Shown here: piece by piece, positions 18,874 to 35,590 of the stretch | How positions within the stretch are numbered: the stretch's first letter is position 1 | Layout: each line of letters starts with the position of its first letter | Source: a virus | Taxonomy: Duplodnaviria; Caudoviricetes | Virus record (IMG/VR): IMGVR_UViG_3300034061_006011 | Length of the DNA stretch: 64,000 nt | Strand: one strand, 5' to 3' | Notes under the pieces: model-generated | Told to the model about the DNA's origin: nothing | The model's database searches: none | Seen by the model: only the letters and a program-made list of their open reading frames with translations | Position numbers and translations under genes: made by a program

Positions 18874-20422
18874 AGGTAAAATTAATTCTCGTAGTATCTG
18901 GTCTAATTATTTCAAAATATCTTGCCCTTACAAGCTTTCCGCTATTTTCAGGATCAGAAGTTGTAAAATAAATATCATATCTTCTTGGCTGTTGCATATC
19001 AGACAAAGCCTTAATGACATCAATGTCTCTTAAATTTTGATTGTAATCCCAATTGTTAAGGGAGAAGAAGTTTTGCATTCTTGTTGTTATGTTTGCTCTG
19101 ATGTCGTCTTCAAACTTTTTGTAATATTTATCAATTACAACATTGATAGAAACATCTGAAAGTATTATTTGTCCATCAAGTATTGACAAATAATCTGTCA
19201 TCATCTTGTTTTCATTCATGTATTGTGTAAATTCATATTTGAACTGACTGGAAGAAACAGCTAGATCAAAATTATTAACTTTTGTGAGAATATAAAGTTC
19301 TATGATGTTTGCACTACATCCAGAATGTCTGAGAACTGCATTTGTTTTTCCCATAACACCATTATATGGAGTCACAAACAAATTAGCATAATTTTTATAA
19401 TCAGATCCTGATACACATCTATTTTGTGTTTGGTTGTAAATAGGAAGTTTATATCTAATATCATCTATTGTATCGCCATCGTATCCGTATTCACCTTTTG
19501 TATAATTGGTAAAATTAACAACTGCACTGAAAACTTCGCCTTCAATTGAAACTAATGACTGTGCATTTACAAAATTTGTAACAATATTACCAGAAGTTCC
19601 ACCACCGACTCTATAGGTTGCAACAATAGTTGAACCAGTTGGAGGAATGTATCCAGCACGATTATTGCCAAATATAATGAAAACAGAATAATCAGAATTG
19701 TATTCAACTCTATATTCTCTCTTTGGAGCTGATTCTGTAAAGTATTTTACTTGTTCCCAAGTGACACCGTCAACGCTTACTCTAATTGAATCTAATAGCA
19801 CTGGAGAAAAGTTTAATAAGTAAGCTTGATCTGTTCCACCAGTTCCTGCGAATGTATCTGTGTATGTTCTTCCTTCAATACCAACTATATTGCTATTAAT
19901 TAATGATCCAGATGTTATTACTATGTTTTCATCAAATATTGGTCTTCCCAAAGCATCAGAAGCAAATAATTCAATTGTCGTTGTAACATTATTATTAAAT
20001 ATATCAACAGCATAAGGAGTTTGAATTACAAGATCTACGTTGTATGTGTTTGGAACTCTTGCTGTCCAAAGACTTTTTCCAGCAATAGGTGGTTTTGGAA
20101 CAAATCCTACTAGATTTGCTAGACGTATTGCGTTTTCTAATTCTGTAACTGTGTCAATAAACACTTCATTGGCGATTTGATCTGTCTTGAAGGACAGTGT
20201 ATCAGCAATAAATGCCCAGTTTTCAATAAGCATGATACCAAGACTTGATTCAACAAAGTCATTGAACTCTGTACCAAATTTTTCTTGAATATAAGCAACC
20301 AATCGAGATTTCATTGACCAGAAATCTTGATTGGTGTAATTTAATGAAAAAATTTGAGGTCTTGTGCCATTAGCCCCAGATTTATATGGCGTTAAATCAA
20401 ACGGACACTTCTCCACGGTCAA
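18866..20422 (-). CDS. Baseplate wedge protein (T4 gp6 / Baseplate J-like)
   Basis: DFVESSLGIMLIENWAFIADTLSFKTD...LANLVGF; FGNNRAGYIP; YRVGGGTSGN; RCVSGSDY. Confidence 0.9.
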   Translation of the reverse strand: MTVEKCPFDLTPYKSGANGTRPQIFSLNYTNQDFWSMKSRLVAYIQEKFGTEFNDFVESSLGIMLIENWAFIADTLSFKTDQIANEVFIDTVTELENAIRLANLVGFVPKPPIAGKSLWTARVPNTYNVDLVIQTPYAVDIFNNNVTTTIELFASDALGRPIFDENIVITSGSLINSNIVGIEGRTYTDTFAGTGGTDQAYLLNFSPVLLDSIRVSVDGVTWEQVKYFTESAPKREYRVEYNSDYSVFIIFGNNRAGYIPPTGSTIVATYRVGGGTSGNIVTNFVNAQSLVSIEGEVFSAVVNFTNYTKGEYGYDGDTIDDIRYKLPIYNQTQNRCVSGSDYKNYANLFVTPYNGVMGKTNAVLRHSGCSANIIELYILTKVNNFDLAVSSSQFKYEFTQYMNENKMMTDYLSILDGQIILSDVSINVVIDKYYKKFEDDIRANITTRMQNFFSLNNWDYNQNLRDIDVIKALSDMQQPRRYDIYFTTSDPENSGKLVRARYFEIIRPDTTRINFTYE

Positions 20423-20832
20423 CCCCCTTCGAACGGTACTGCTAGCACAAGTTCTTCAATAATATTTATTTTCTCTGGATTTATATAGTTAATTCGGATC
20501 AATACTCCATTCTTGTTTGTCGAATTATAACCAGCTTCAGTTTTTTCAACCAAATCTGTTACAGTAATTGCTGTTACAGTTATTCTTGGTTCCCAAGTGC
20601 TTATTGAATTAGATATTTCTCCTGCAATAGCACTTTTTGTGGCATCAGTGTTTTGTTCAAAAATATACTTTCTCAAAGCTGTGCCATATTGTGGCAACAT
20701 AACTCTATCACCGGGATTTGTTAATATTAATTGAATCAAATCACTTTTTAAGTTTTTAGCGCCAATTTGAGTATAGAAAAATCCTAATGGATTTTTAAAA
20801 ATTGGAAATGGAAAACCTTTTAAATCAGCCAT
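20419..20832 (-). CDS. Baseplate wedge gp25/GPW-like
   Basis: LIQLILTNPGDRVMLPQYGTALRKYIFE...ISTWEPRI. Confidence 0.92.
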   Translation of the reverse strand: MADLKGFPFPIFKNPLGFFYTQIGAKNLKSDLIQLILTNPGDRVMLPQYGTALRKYIFEQNTDATKSAIAGEISNSISTWEPRITVTAITVTDLVEKTEAGYNSTNKNGVLIRINYINPEKINIIEELVLAVPFEGG

Positions 20833-20834
20833 TA

Positions 20835-23021
20835 TTAATTTCCTTCAAGAGGTAAACCACCAGAACATAAATCTTCTCCCGGCAAACAGTTATCAGTTAT
20901 ATTTAGAGCGCCAAGCCCAATACCACTAGCAGAATTGCTACAAGAAGCATAAACTCTATCACTTGCTCTTACACATCCATTTACTAAAACGAGAACTGGG
21001 AACACACCCGGAATACACTGATCAGGATCTGTTGCTGTAGCATCATCTGTAGCTTGATTCAAATCAATTTGCAAAACATTCTCAGGAGGTGGATTTTCTG
21101 CTTCATCTGGTGGAATTGGTGGATAATCTCTACCAGCTAACAGGTAAATTTTTTCATCAAATTGTATCACATGATTGCCTTTTCCTTTGTGATAAAATGT
21201 CTGTTCTGTATAATCAAACCTATTAGTTGCCACATAATTCATTTTGTGACCTTTTACATATTCAAGAGCGTTTTCTTCAGCATAAAGGAATAGATTCCCA
21301 CCTGATCTTATTTGAATATATCCTGATTCTTCCACGCCTTCAAAACCTTCTCTTAATGTAATTTGATGTGGTCTTGAACCATTTTCTATTGTCTTTTGTG
21401 GCGCAGTAATAGAAATATATTGTCCTAATGTTTTATTTTGATCAGAACTATCATCCATTCTTATGGACAAACCATAACCAGTTCTTAATTGCATATAAGC
21501 AGCGGTTGCTTTTGGTTCTGGAACAGCGCCATCTCTTCTACAAGGATATTCTCTAAGATTTCCTCCATCACAAAGGAAAATTTCATGCTGACTAGTAGAA
21601 TTTATTTTCACACCTTGTTTTGAAGAAGCAGCGTCTGTGCAATTTAGACCATCAACAGCATCACATAAAAATATTTGATTTCCTAAAGCACTTTTTATTT
21701 TTACTCCATTATTATCTGCTCTAACTTTATCTGTGTTTGTTCCAACTCTTTCAATATCATTAAGTTCAATTAAATGTCCAGTTGTTGATTTCCAATAAGA
21801 TCTACCAACAAATTTATCATCACAACCAAAATCAAATGCTCGAATGCTTCTATCCCATTCCATATTGCCTCTTGGCTGATGGACAGAATCATCCATTACA
21901 AAACTGTGACCAGAAATAGAAAGAAACTGTATGCCTGTTTGAGGTAAATCACACTTATTATTTTGTGGAGTTTGTGGACCTTTATATGGTCTGCATTCGC
22001 TTTGTTGTTTGAAAAATGGATTTCTACCAATTTGTGAGTCTGGATTAATTTGACTTTCAGGTTCCCCACCAATTATTGTGGATCTATCATCTGTAGAACA
22101 ACCAACTTCTTCGCTTTTAGCAATGACCGGATTATCTTCATAATCAGGATTAAATAAATCAGATATACTTCCTGCTAAAGGAAAACGTGTAAAATCTTGA
22201 TAAGAAAACGCTTCAGGATTAGGAACTCCTTGAATACAACTAGTATCGCCATCTTTAGCAAAATTTGCACAAGCTGGATGCGCCCACTGACCCCCATAGT
22301 GTAAATGGTCATCTTTAAAGCACATCCAGTTGCCATTGCCGCTCATTATTTCTAATCTTTTCCATTTACGGTTGCAACTAGGATCTCCATCAACCATTTT
22401 CATCATGTGTTTTTCTGGAGTTTTAAAACCATAAATGTTCGGCGTTGTCGTTCTCTTAAGAATATTTGGGTCAGAAATTATTTGTTCAATTGAATCAATG
22501 TCAAATCCATTGTATGATTCTGTGTTCCAAGGAGGCATGACTTGTGATCCATCATTAGCTCCACAAAGATATCCGTTTCTTTTTCCTGCATAAATATCGT
22601 TATATTCTATGATTGGATAGCCAAAATAGTTTAATGCGCCCGGTGCTCTATCTCTTGTCCATGTTGTTCCAATATAATAACCAGCACCATTCATGCCATT
22701 TTCAAAAGCTACAATTATTGTTGAACCAGCAGGAGGAACCCATGATGCTCCACAGTCATCAAATCCACCAAACGAAGATATTGCTGATGCCCAAGGTAAT
22801 CCTTCAATAGGAATAGTTGGCTTATGCAAAATTGGAGAAAAATATTGAACTGCATTTTGTTTCCATACATCATATGTGCTAACGCAAATTGCTGTATAAA
22901 TTCCGTAATTATTAATTGGTTGTACTAAATCGGAAATACGCAACTTGTCTGTCGTATCCCACATCGTAGCAATTAAGTCTTCATGCTCTTGAAGTTTTTT
23001 AACAATATCATCAATTTCCAT
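20835..23021 (-). CDS. Baseplate central spike, gp5/VgrG-like
   Basis: N-terminal OB-fold pattern LPWA...VPPAGSTIIVAFENG...YIG; GH/GN-x-I-x-(M/L)-x-D beta-helix-type repeats. Confidence 0.75.
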   Translation of the reverse strand: MEIDDIVKKLQEHEDLIATMWDTTDKLRISDLVQPINNYGIYTAICVSTYDVWKQNAVQYFSPILHKPTIPIEGLPWASAISSFGGFDDCGASWVPPAGSTIIVAFENGMNGAGYYIGTTWTRDRAPGALNYFGYPIIEYNDIYAGKRNGYLCGANDGSQVMPPWNTESYNGFDIDSIEQIISDPNILKRTTTPNIYGFKTPEKHMMKMVDGDPSCNRKWKRLEIMSGNGNWMCFKDDHLHYGGQWAHPACANFAKDGDTSCIQGVPNPEAFSYQDFTRFPLAGSISDLFNPDYEDNPVIAKSEEVGCSTDDRSTIIGGEPESQINPDSQIGRNPFFKQQSECRPYKGPQTPQNNKCDLPQTGIQFLSISGHSFVMDDSVHQPRGNMEWDRSIRAFDFGCDDKFVGRSYWKSTTGHLIELNDIERVGTNTDKVRADNNGVKIKSALGNQIFLCDAVDGLNCTDAASSKQGVKINSTSQHEIFLCDGGNLREYPCRRDGAVPEPKATAAYMQLRTGYGLSIRMDDSSDQNKTLGQYISITAPQKTIENGSRPHQITLREGFEGVEESGYIQIRSGGNLFLYAEENALEYVKGHKMNYVATNRFDYTEQTFYHKGKGNHVIQFDEKIYLLAGRDYPPIPPDEAENPPPENVLQIDLNQATDDATATDPDQCIPGVFPVLVLVNGCVRASDRVYASCSNSASGIGLGALNITDNCLPGEDLCSGGLPLEGN

Positions 23022-23034
23022 ACAAATTACCTTC

Positions 23035-24699
23035 TTATGATTTTAAAGCTCTATTATTCTGTTCCACACCAGTTAATTTCAATTTAGTAATCCATTTACC
23101 ATCTGATAATTCATGATCACAACCATTTATCAAAAAAGCAATAGATGATATCTGATCATTTATTGTTGGCAGAGAAAGCCAGACACCATTGATTTTACCA
23201 TTATCAAAAAGATCTGACTGAATAACTGTGAATGGGTTTATAAATATTATTTTTATAAAAGACCCTATAATGTTCCAAGACCAAAGAAATCTTGGATCAC
23301 CTTGTATTGTCAAATCTGCTGTAACAGCTCCCAACATCGGTTTAGAAAAATTTCCAGCTTCAAGATGTAAAGATGCCGCTTCTGCTGTTTTTTGTCCTAT
23401 TTCTGCCGGTGGAGAAGACTCTCTATTATTAGAAGTAGCTGCTCCAGCAACTACAGTTTCTTTTCCCGGTTCATTGTTAGTTGCAGAATTTTGATTGCAA
23501 CCTTGTATAATTACAGATTTTGAGCTATTTGCTCCACCCGGAGCAGCGCCAACAAATCTGTTTGGAACACCAACAAATTCTATTTTTGGGGAAAATGATA
23601 TTACAGGACTTAAGTCGCCACCGTTAACAACATATGTCCCTACAAATTGTTTTATTTTACAGCTTCTATATTTTGTTCTGTCAATTAAACATTCAGTACT
23701 TTCCGCTTCTACTAAATATAAACATTCGTCATTTGCTCCACTTGGATAACATAAAAACACACCTTTTGTATGATCTGTTACAAAATTATTTAAATTTTTT
23801 GCTATAGCGTCAAGCACAGGTAAGTTATAACCGGGATAAACACCACTTCTTCCTGCATTAGTATCAGCATTTTTTTGTTTTGCATAAGACCAACCACCAT
23901 TTTGACCTTGCGGTTGTCTTACCAACGCTATTCTGCTTCCTTGTTTTGGAGCATTTGTTGGTTTTGGAGGACATGTTCCATCTTGCATCAGTTCAAAAGA
24001 TGTTAATATAGGAATTTTTTGAGAAGATTTTCCCAGAACATTTTGAGTTCTTCTTTGACCCATTTTGGCATCTGGTCCTTTTAATTCTAGTTTATATTTC
24101 CAAATGTTATTATCAAAAGTTACATCTATTTTTGTAACAAGGAAATCAATATAAGGTCCAATCGGTTTTCCCGGCAAAGACTGTTTATCTACAAAACTTT
24201 GTTGATAAATTGCGTTACCACCATTCTTGTTGGTGAAAACATACCCAAAATTAAGAGAAACTTTAATAATATCAGTATTTTTAACGCCTCTTCTAGGTGT
24301 GGCATCACAACGATCTCTATAAACAGAATTATAAAAACTTGTGAAATCCTGACCAGATGTATCAATTATTTCTAATGTTGCACCGTAACTTTGTGATATA
24401 CCCATGCTGGCAGATTTAATGAAAGCTCTTTTGTCTCTATCTGTTCCTAAAAAGTTTCCTGTTGTTATATAATAAGAAACATATCCATTATTATTTTGCT
24501 GTCTAAAATTAGCTTGATTTTCCCTTATTATTCTGAATCTAGCTTCTATAAACGGCGCATAACTTTCATATGATGCGTTTGGAGACAAACCATTTTGACC
24601 CGTATCGGGTAATGGTCGTCTTATATTTCCGCATGTATTGTAATTTTTACCATTTACTATAAATGACGGCAGTGATGGATATTTTAAATTAATAGGCAT
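23035..24699 (-). CDS. Baseplate hub protein (gp27/GPD-like)
   Basis: Lies between LysM and spike genes; ADLTIQGDP...FLINGCDHELSDGKWITKLKL C-terminus. Confidence 0.6.
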   Translation of the reverse strand: MPINLKYPSLPSFIVNGKNYNTCGNIRRPLPDTGQNGLSPNASYESYAPFIEARFRIIRENQANFRQQNNNGYVSYYITTGNFLGTDRDKRAFIKSASMGISQSYGATLEIIDTSGQDFTSFYNSVYRDRCDATPRRGVKNTDIIKVSLNFGYVFTNKNGGNAIYQQSFVDKQSLPGKPIGPYIDFLVTKIDVTFDNNIWKYKLELKGPDAKMGQRRTQNVLGKSSQKIPILTSFELMQDGTCPPKPTNAPKQGSRIALVRQPQGQNGGWSYAKQKNADTNAGRSGVYPGYNLPVLDAIAKNLNNFVTDHTKGVFLCYPSGANDECLYLVEAESTECLIDRTKYRSCKIKQFVGTYVVNGGDLSPVISFSPKIEFVGVPNRFVGAAPGGANSSKSVIIQGCNQNSATNNEPGKETVVAGAATSNNRESSPPAEIGQKTAEAASLHLEAGNFSKPMLGAVTADLTIQGDPRFLWSWNIIGSFIKIIFINPFTVIQSDLFDNGKINGVWLSLPTINDQISSIAFLINGCDHELSDGKWITKLKLTGVEQNNRALKS

Positions 24700-24700
24700 A

Positions 24701-25027
24701 TTACTGGTTATTTATTGGTATCCTAATTGTTTTACCTGCAATAAAATCTTTTATGTCATATATATTGTTGGCTTGCATAATTAACCACCAAGAATCTGGA
24801 TACCCATAAACGCTATTTGATACAAGATCTGGTCTATACGCATAACCTTCTGGAATGACTGTATACTTGTCAAATTGGTTTGCTGGTATCTCCGTTCTTT
24901 TGTAAGTGCTAAATGTTAATTTTTCTTCATCACCATAGACTAAAACAGTTGAATCTTTATATCTTGATAAAGAATTTACATAACTAGAAGCTTTTGCTGT
25001 TTCTGAAACTGATATTTGATACGCCAT
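24701..25027 (-). CDS. LysM-type baseplate wedge protein (gp53-like); start revised to MAYQ
   Basis: YAYRPDLVSNSVYGYPDSWWLIMQANNI; GGAG RBS; starts 1 nt after the upstream TGA. Confidence 0.85.
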   Translation of the reverse strand: MAYQISVSETAKASSYVNSLSRYKDSTVLVYGDEEKLTFSTYKRTEIPANQFDKYTVIPEGYAYRPDLVSNSVYGYPDSWWLIMQANNIYDIKDFIAGKTIRIPINNQ

Positions 25028-25028
25028 A

Positions 25029-25580
25029 TCATGCTCCCAATTGAATAATTCTATCTGCTCCGGGTAAATATCTACTGTCGTAAACAATTTCAAAATTCAA
25101 ATCTACATCAAGCTTATAAGGAAGATATTTACCATTTGCACTATTTACATTCCACACTTGATCAGATGGAAATGATACACTATAACTCAATAACACAACT
25201 GTAACTTCTGTATCAGCTATTAAACTGCCACATTTAATGCTTAATATTTTAGGTGGAATATAAGGAATAATATTATTAGGGTCTGCTCTAGGATAAACAC
25301 AAGATTCTAAATTTCTCAAATTTAATATATTTTGATTAATTGAATTCTGATCATATGAAATAAAATGACATTTCCATCCTATTTTTCTAGATCCACCAGA
25401 ATTAAACGTCTTAAATGGTGTTGATCTACCCATACCAGTTTCTTCAGCATAACCAGCATCTTTACTGTCTGTTATATCTGGTAAGTTGTTCATGAAAATC
25501 TGGAAAGTATTTGAACGAATATAGCAATCAGCAATATCGTTCAATGCTCCCGTTGGTCCTGTTGCTCTTCCTTCTGACAT
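25029..25580 (-). CDS. Tail tube initiator (gp48/gp54, P2 gpU-like)
   Basis: YAEETGMGRSTPFKTFNSGGSRKI...LRNLESCVYP...PPKIL; directly after the tape measure. Confidence 0.7.
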   Translation of the reverse strand: MSEGRATGPTGALNDIADCYIRSNTFQIFMNNLPDITDSKDAGYAEETGMGRSTPFKTFNSGGSRKIGWKCHFISYDQNSINQNILNLRNLESCVYPRADPNNIIPYIPPKILSIKCGSLIADTEVTVVLLSYSVSFPSDQVWNVNSANGKYLPYKLDVDLNFEIVYDSRYLPGADRIIQLGA

Positions 25581-25613
25581 TTTTAAATTCCCTCAATATA
25601 ATTAAATTAGTTA

Positions 25614-32507
<6,894 letters not shown>

Positions 32508-32508
32508 G

Positions 32509-33006
32509 TTAAACCTTTTTTATCATATCACTAACAGAGGCATTTACTAAATTCGAAATTTGACTTTTAATGTTATCTCTAATTGCTTCTGATTCTTGCG
32601 GATCTAAAGCTCTTGCACTACCCATTGCATTTAAAATCAAATTGCAATCTAGAATCTTTAGACTTTTCAGTCCACCTCTCTTATAAGTTCTGTAAGCACT
32701 AATTATATATTTATAAGATTTAACATTTTGATAATTAAAATCAGGACGACACGCATTTATTCCACTTCCTTGTAAAATAAATTTGACATCATTAAATGTT
32801 AAATAATGTAAGTTCAATCCACTTATGTAGTTATTGCTAACATTTGTTAAAATAACTAAAGGATAAACATCATGTTTTGCAAAAGAATATTGAAATGTTA
32901 CCAAAGCTCCACGAGAAACAGTTTTTAACGAAGGACCATATTGATTAGATCTTACGTTGTTGGTAACAAGATCTTTAAATAAACTACCATAAGTGTTACG
33001 AGCCAT
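32509..33006 (-). CDS. DNA end protector, T4 gp2-like
   Basis: FQYSFAKHDVYPLVIL...ISGLNLHYL matches the gp2 D.(F/Y)PL...G.NLHYL pattern. Confidence 0.65.
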   Translation of the reverse strand: MARNTYGSLFKDLVTNNVRSNQYGPSLKTVSRGALVTFQYSFAKHDVYPLVILTNVSNNYISGLNLHYLTFNDVKFILQGSGINACRPDFNYQNVKSYKYIISAYRTYKRGGLKSLKILDCNLILNAMGSARALDPQESEAIRDNIKSQISNLVNASVSDMIKKV

Positions 33007-34384
33007 TCATCTTCTCTTTAATGGATTTATCTAATAGCATTTTCTTTGTATTATTAATTTCATCATAATCAGGAACTCTTCCAAGTAACTTAGTGTAAGA
33101 TGGGTTAGGACGTGTTTCTCCCATACTTCCGCCAACAAATTTCTTTGTTACATCAGAATAATCTTGCTTGAATACCTTCTTATAAAGGTCTCCCTTACCA
33201 AACAAATTTAGGAAATCAAGAATTTTGGAATGAGGAAGTCTGCTTGGCTTAGTAAGTAAATCATGAATTAAACTTGTTTCATGATTCCTTCCAGAACACC
33301 ATTGCCCAAGCTTCATAAAATTACCTATTTCTTCCACATCTCCTTTTGGATAACCTTGAGCTAAAAGGAGATTCTTAACCATTTCGACATCGTTGTTGTG
33401 CAACAAATATGCAGTTGTAAGAATTTTGTTATTAGGAAGATCGTTTATGATTTCTGTAATGTGACAATTTGGGAAAATTTTCTGTAATAAATTTATTTGT
33501 TTTAAATTTTTAAGAAATTGAGTTGGTGAAACATCTTGGTTATCAATACTTGCCAAGTAATAAGATTTAAGTATTTTCCCGTCATATTTTGCATCAACAT
33601 GTGTTTTCTTTAATACGTCAGCAAATTTTTCTGGGAAATTTTTCTGAGAAGAAAATCTACAAGCAAGATTTGCAATTCTAAAAGGAAGATAAATATCTCT
33701 TTTGAATGCTGTTTCTGGCAGCTCTATTGTAACAATTTCTCCTGTTTTGAGGTCATGGGCACCACCGACTGGATCAATTAATTCACCATTGTCTCCATCT
33801 GAACTTTTAAGTTTTAGATATAAAGCATTCATGGTGATGTCTCTTGTGTGAGCATCTTCTTCAATGTTTGTTGTAAATCTTGCTTCTGTTGGTGAAAGCA
33901 TTCTATTTTTTGTATTTTTATTCATTGTGGCAATGTGTGCTTTTTGCATGCCTTTTTGGACAGTTATTTCAATTGGATGATTTTTTTGATCAAATCTAGA
34001 TGGATAAAATACAAATTCTTTTTGATCAAATTGACCATGACCACTTACTTTTTTAATTGGTGTTTCTGAATTTTTCAGTATTAATATTATTTCATCAGGA
34101 GTTGCATCTGTGACTATATCAAAATTTTTGTATGTTTTACCTTTCAAATGATCTCTTAATGCTCCACCAGTCAAGTAAATTGACTTCCTTTTCATTGTTG
34201 GTTTAATCATTCCTTTACTTTTATCCATAGTGGTGTAACCAAGATGGACTTTATCGCTATTTTCAAAAGCATCTATAATAGGCTTTAGGAGAGAATTGAC
34301 AGTTGAATTTACTTTCAACGGTCTAAAATTGATTGATTCCTTGCTGTCTTTCAAGCGTATTTTAGATAAAATCTGTTCGCTCAT
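32996..34384 (-). CDS. Class II tRNA nucleotidyltransferase/poly(A) polymerase-like protein with degenerate catalytic motifs
   Basis: GGALRD...KNFDIVTDATPDEI; EEDAHTRDITMNAL; LIDPVGGAHDL. Confidence 0.85.
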   Translation of the reverse strand: MSEQILSKIRLKDSKESINFRPLKVNSTVNSLLKPIIDAFENSDKVHLGYTTMDKSKGMIKPTMKRKSIYLTGGALRDHLKGKTYKNFDIVTDATPDEIILILKNSETPIKKVSGHGQFDQKEFVFYPSRFDQKNHPIEITVQKGMQKAHIATMNKNTKNRMLSPTEARFTTNIEEDAHTRDITMNALYLKLKSSDGDNGELIDPVGGAHDLKTGEIVTIELPETAFKRDIYLPFRIANLACRFSSQKNFPEKFADVLKKTHVDAKYDGKILKSYYLASIDNQDVSPTQFLKNLKQINLLQKIFPNCHITEIINDLPNNKILTTAYLLHNNDVEMVKNLLLAQGYPKGDVEEIGNFMKLGQWCSGRNHETSLIHDLLTKPSRLPHSKILDFLNLFGKGDLYKKVFKQDYSDVTKKFVGGSMGETRPNPSYTKLLGRVPDYDEINNTKKMLLDKSIKEKMNGS

Positions 34385-34770
34385 TATTGTTTAACCCCTA
34401 AAATGTATAAAATGTATGCTATTAAAACTGGTATGCTGATATTATAAATAATAACTGCAATATTTTTAATTTGGTTTTCTGTACCAGATTTAAATCTTTT
34501 TAAATCGTGTATAAAAGTTTCTAAATCAAAAGCTCTATTGTTAACTTCTTCAATGCTAGCATCAATTTCTTCAAACTTATTTTCAAAAATCATGATCTTT
34601 GTTTGCATTTCTATATTTTTTTCAATAATCTTTTCAAATTTATCGTAAATTTTTTCTTGATTCTCAAGTAGAATTTTAACTCTTTCATCAATTCTTGAGG
34701 TCATGTCGTAAAGTATCTTTACTCTAGACTCAAGTTCTTCATCAGCAGTTAATTTTCTTGCATTTACCAT
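34384..34770 (-). CDS. Coiled-coil protein with C-terminal transmembrane helix (holin/XhlA-like architecture)
   Basis: Heptad repeats then IAVIIYNISIPVLIAYILYILGV; TAAATA-N4-ATG. Confidence 0.6.
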   Translation of the reverse strand: MVNARKLTADEELESRVKILYDMTSRIDERVKILLENQEKIYDKFEKIIEKNIEMQTKIMIFENKFEEIDASIEEVNNRAFDLETFIHDLKRFKSGTENQIKNIAVIIYNISIPVLIAYILYILGVKQ

Positions 34771-34801
34771 TAATACTATTTAGAATTTCATACATAAAAA
34801 T

Positions 34802-34831
34802 AAAAAAAGAACCCCAATTTAAATGGGGTTC
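34802..34831 (-). terminator. Rho-independent terminator
   Basis: GAACCCC stem followed by a 7-T run on the minus strand, downstream of the small ORF. Confidence 0.7.
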
Positions 34832-34859
34832 TATAAAAATATAATTTTTATTTAACTTT

Positions 34860-34982
34860 TTAATTAATTTTCTTATTCGGAAAATTGCCAGTAATATAAC
34901 CAATTGCTAATGTAGCACCTATTGCAGGATTCATGACACTTACTGTACCAGCAATAAGCCACCAACAAGCGTTATTAAACAT
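34860..34982 (-). CDS. 40-aa hydrophobic peptide (not in ORF track)
   Basis: MFNNACWWLIAGTVSVMNPAIGATLAIGYITGNFPNKKIN; promoter upstream and terminator downstream. Confidence 0.55.
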   Translation of the reverse strand: MFNNACWWLIAGTVSVMNPAIGATLAIGYITGNFPNKKIN

Positions 34983-35045
34983 GATCGTCTACCTTCTACA
35001 AAAAATGTGGATCTACATGTCACCTTTATTCAAGTTGACTCCTTA

Positions 35046-35073
35046 ATTATAGCATGTCACGCAAGAAAGTCAA
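35046..35073 (-). promoter_or_regulatory. Sigma70-type promoter
   Basis: TTGACT-N16-TATAAT with TGC extended -10. Confidence 0.6.
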
Positions 35074-35161
35074 AAAAATTTCATCGTTTTTTTTACTATA
35101 TAAGTGATTGGGGTATTTACCCCTAATCTTAAAAAGGCTGGGGTTCATACCCTGAAAAATT

Positions 35162-35590
35162 ATGAGTGACCAATCAATTATTCCGCCGCTTCCAATTGTT
35201 ATGCCTGAGAACAATCAAAGTTCACCAGTTTCTGATAATGATCTTCTCGATATATATAATGAAATATTAGATGATCTAAGAAATGACAGAAAGGAAGTAG
35301 ATTCAATTTTAGCTAACTTTGTTGAAATGGTCATGAACGAAGGCGATTCTACTTCATCAAGCAAAGAAGCATTAGTTAATTTGGCAAAATTAAAATCAGA
35401 TATCGCAATAGGAAAGACTAAAATTGCCGATCTTATGACATCTTTGAAACTTAAAGAAAAGCAAGGATCAAAAATTCAAGCAACACAAAACAATAATATA
35501 ACGATAACTGATAGAAGAAATTTGATTGATACCATAAATAAATTAACGAATAAGAAGGAAGCAAAAAATGCCGAATTTGATCAATCTTGA
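35162..35590 (+). CDS. Hypothetical helical protein
   Basis: 142-aa ORF, first of a plus-strand operon. Confidence 0.7.
   Translation: MSDQSIIPPLPIVMPENNQSSPVSDNDLLDIYNEILDDLRNDRKEVDSILANFVEMVMNEGDSTSSSKEALVNLAKLKSDIAIGKTKIADLMTSLKLKEKQGSKIQATQNNNITITDRRNLIDTINKLTNKKEAKNAEFDQS

Noticed and set aside
15341-25580. Bacterial contractile injection system (eCIS/T6SS) locus
   Set aside because: T4-like portal, protease, scaffold, capsid and gp2-like genes in the same window show a complete phage
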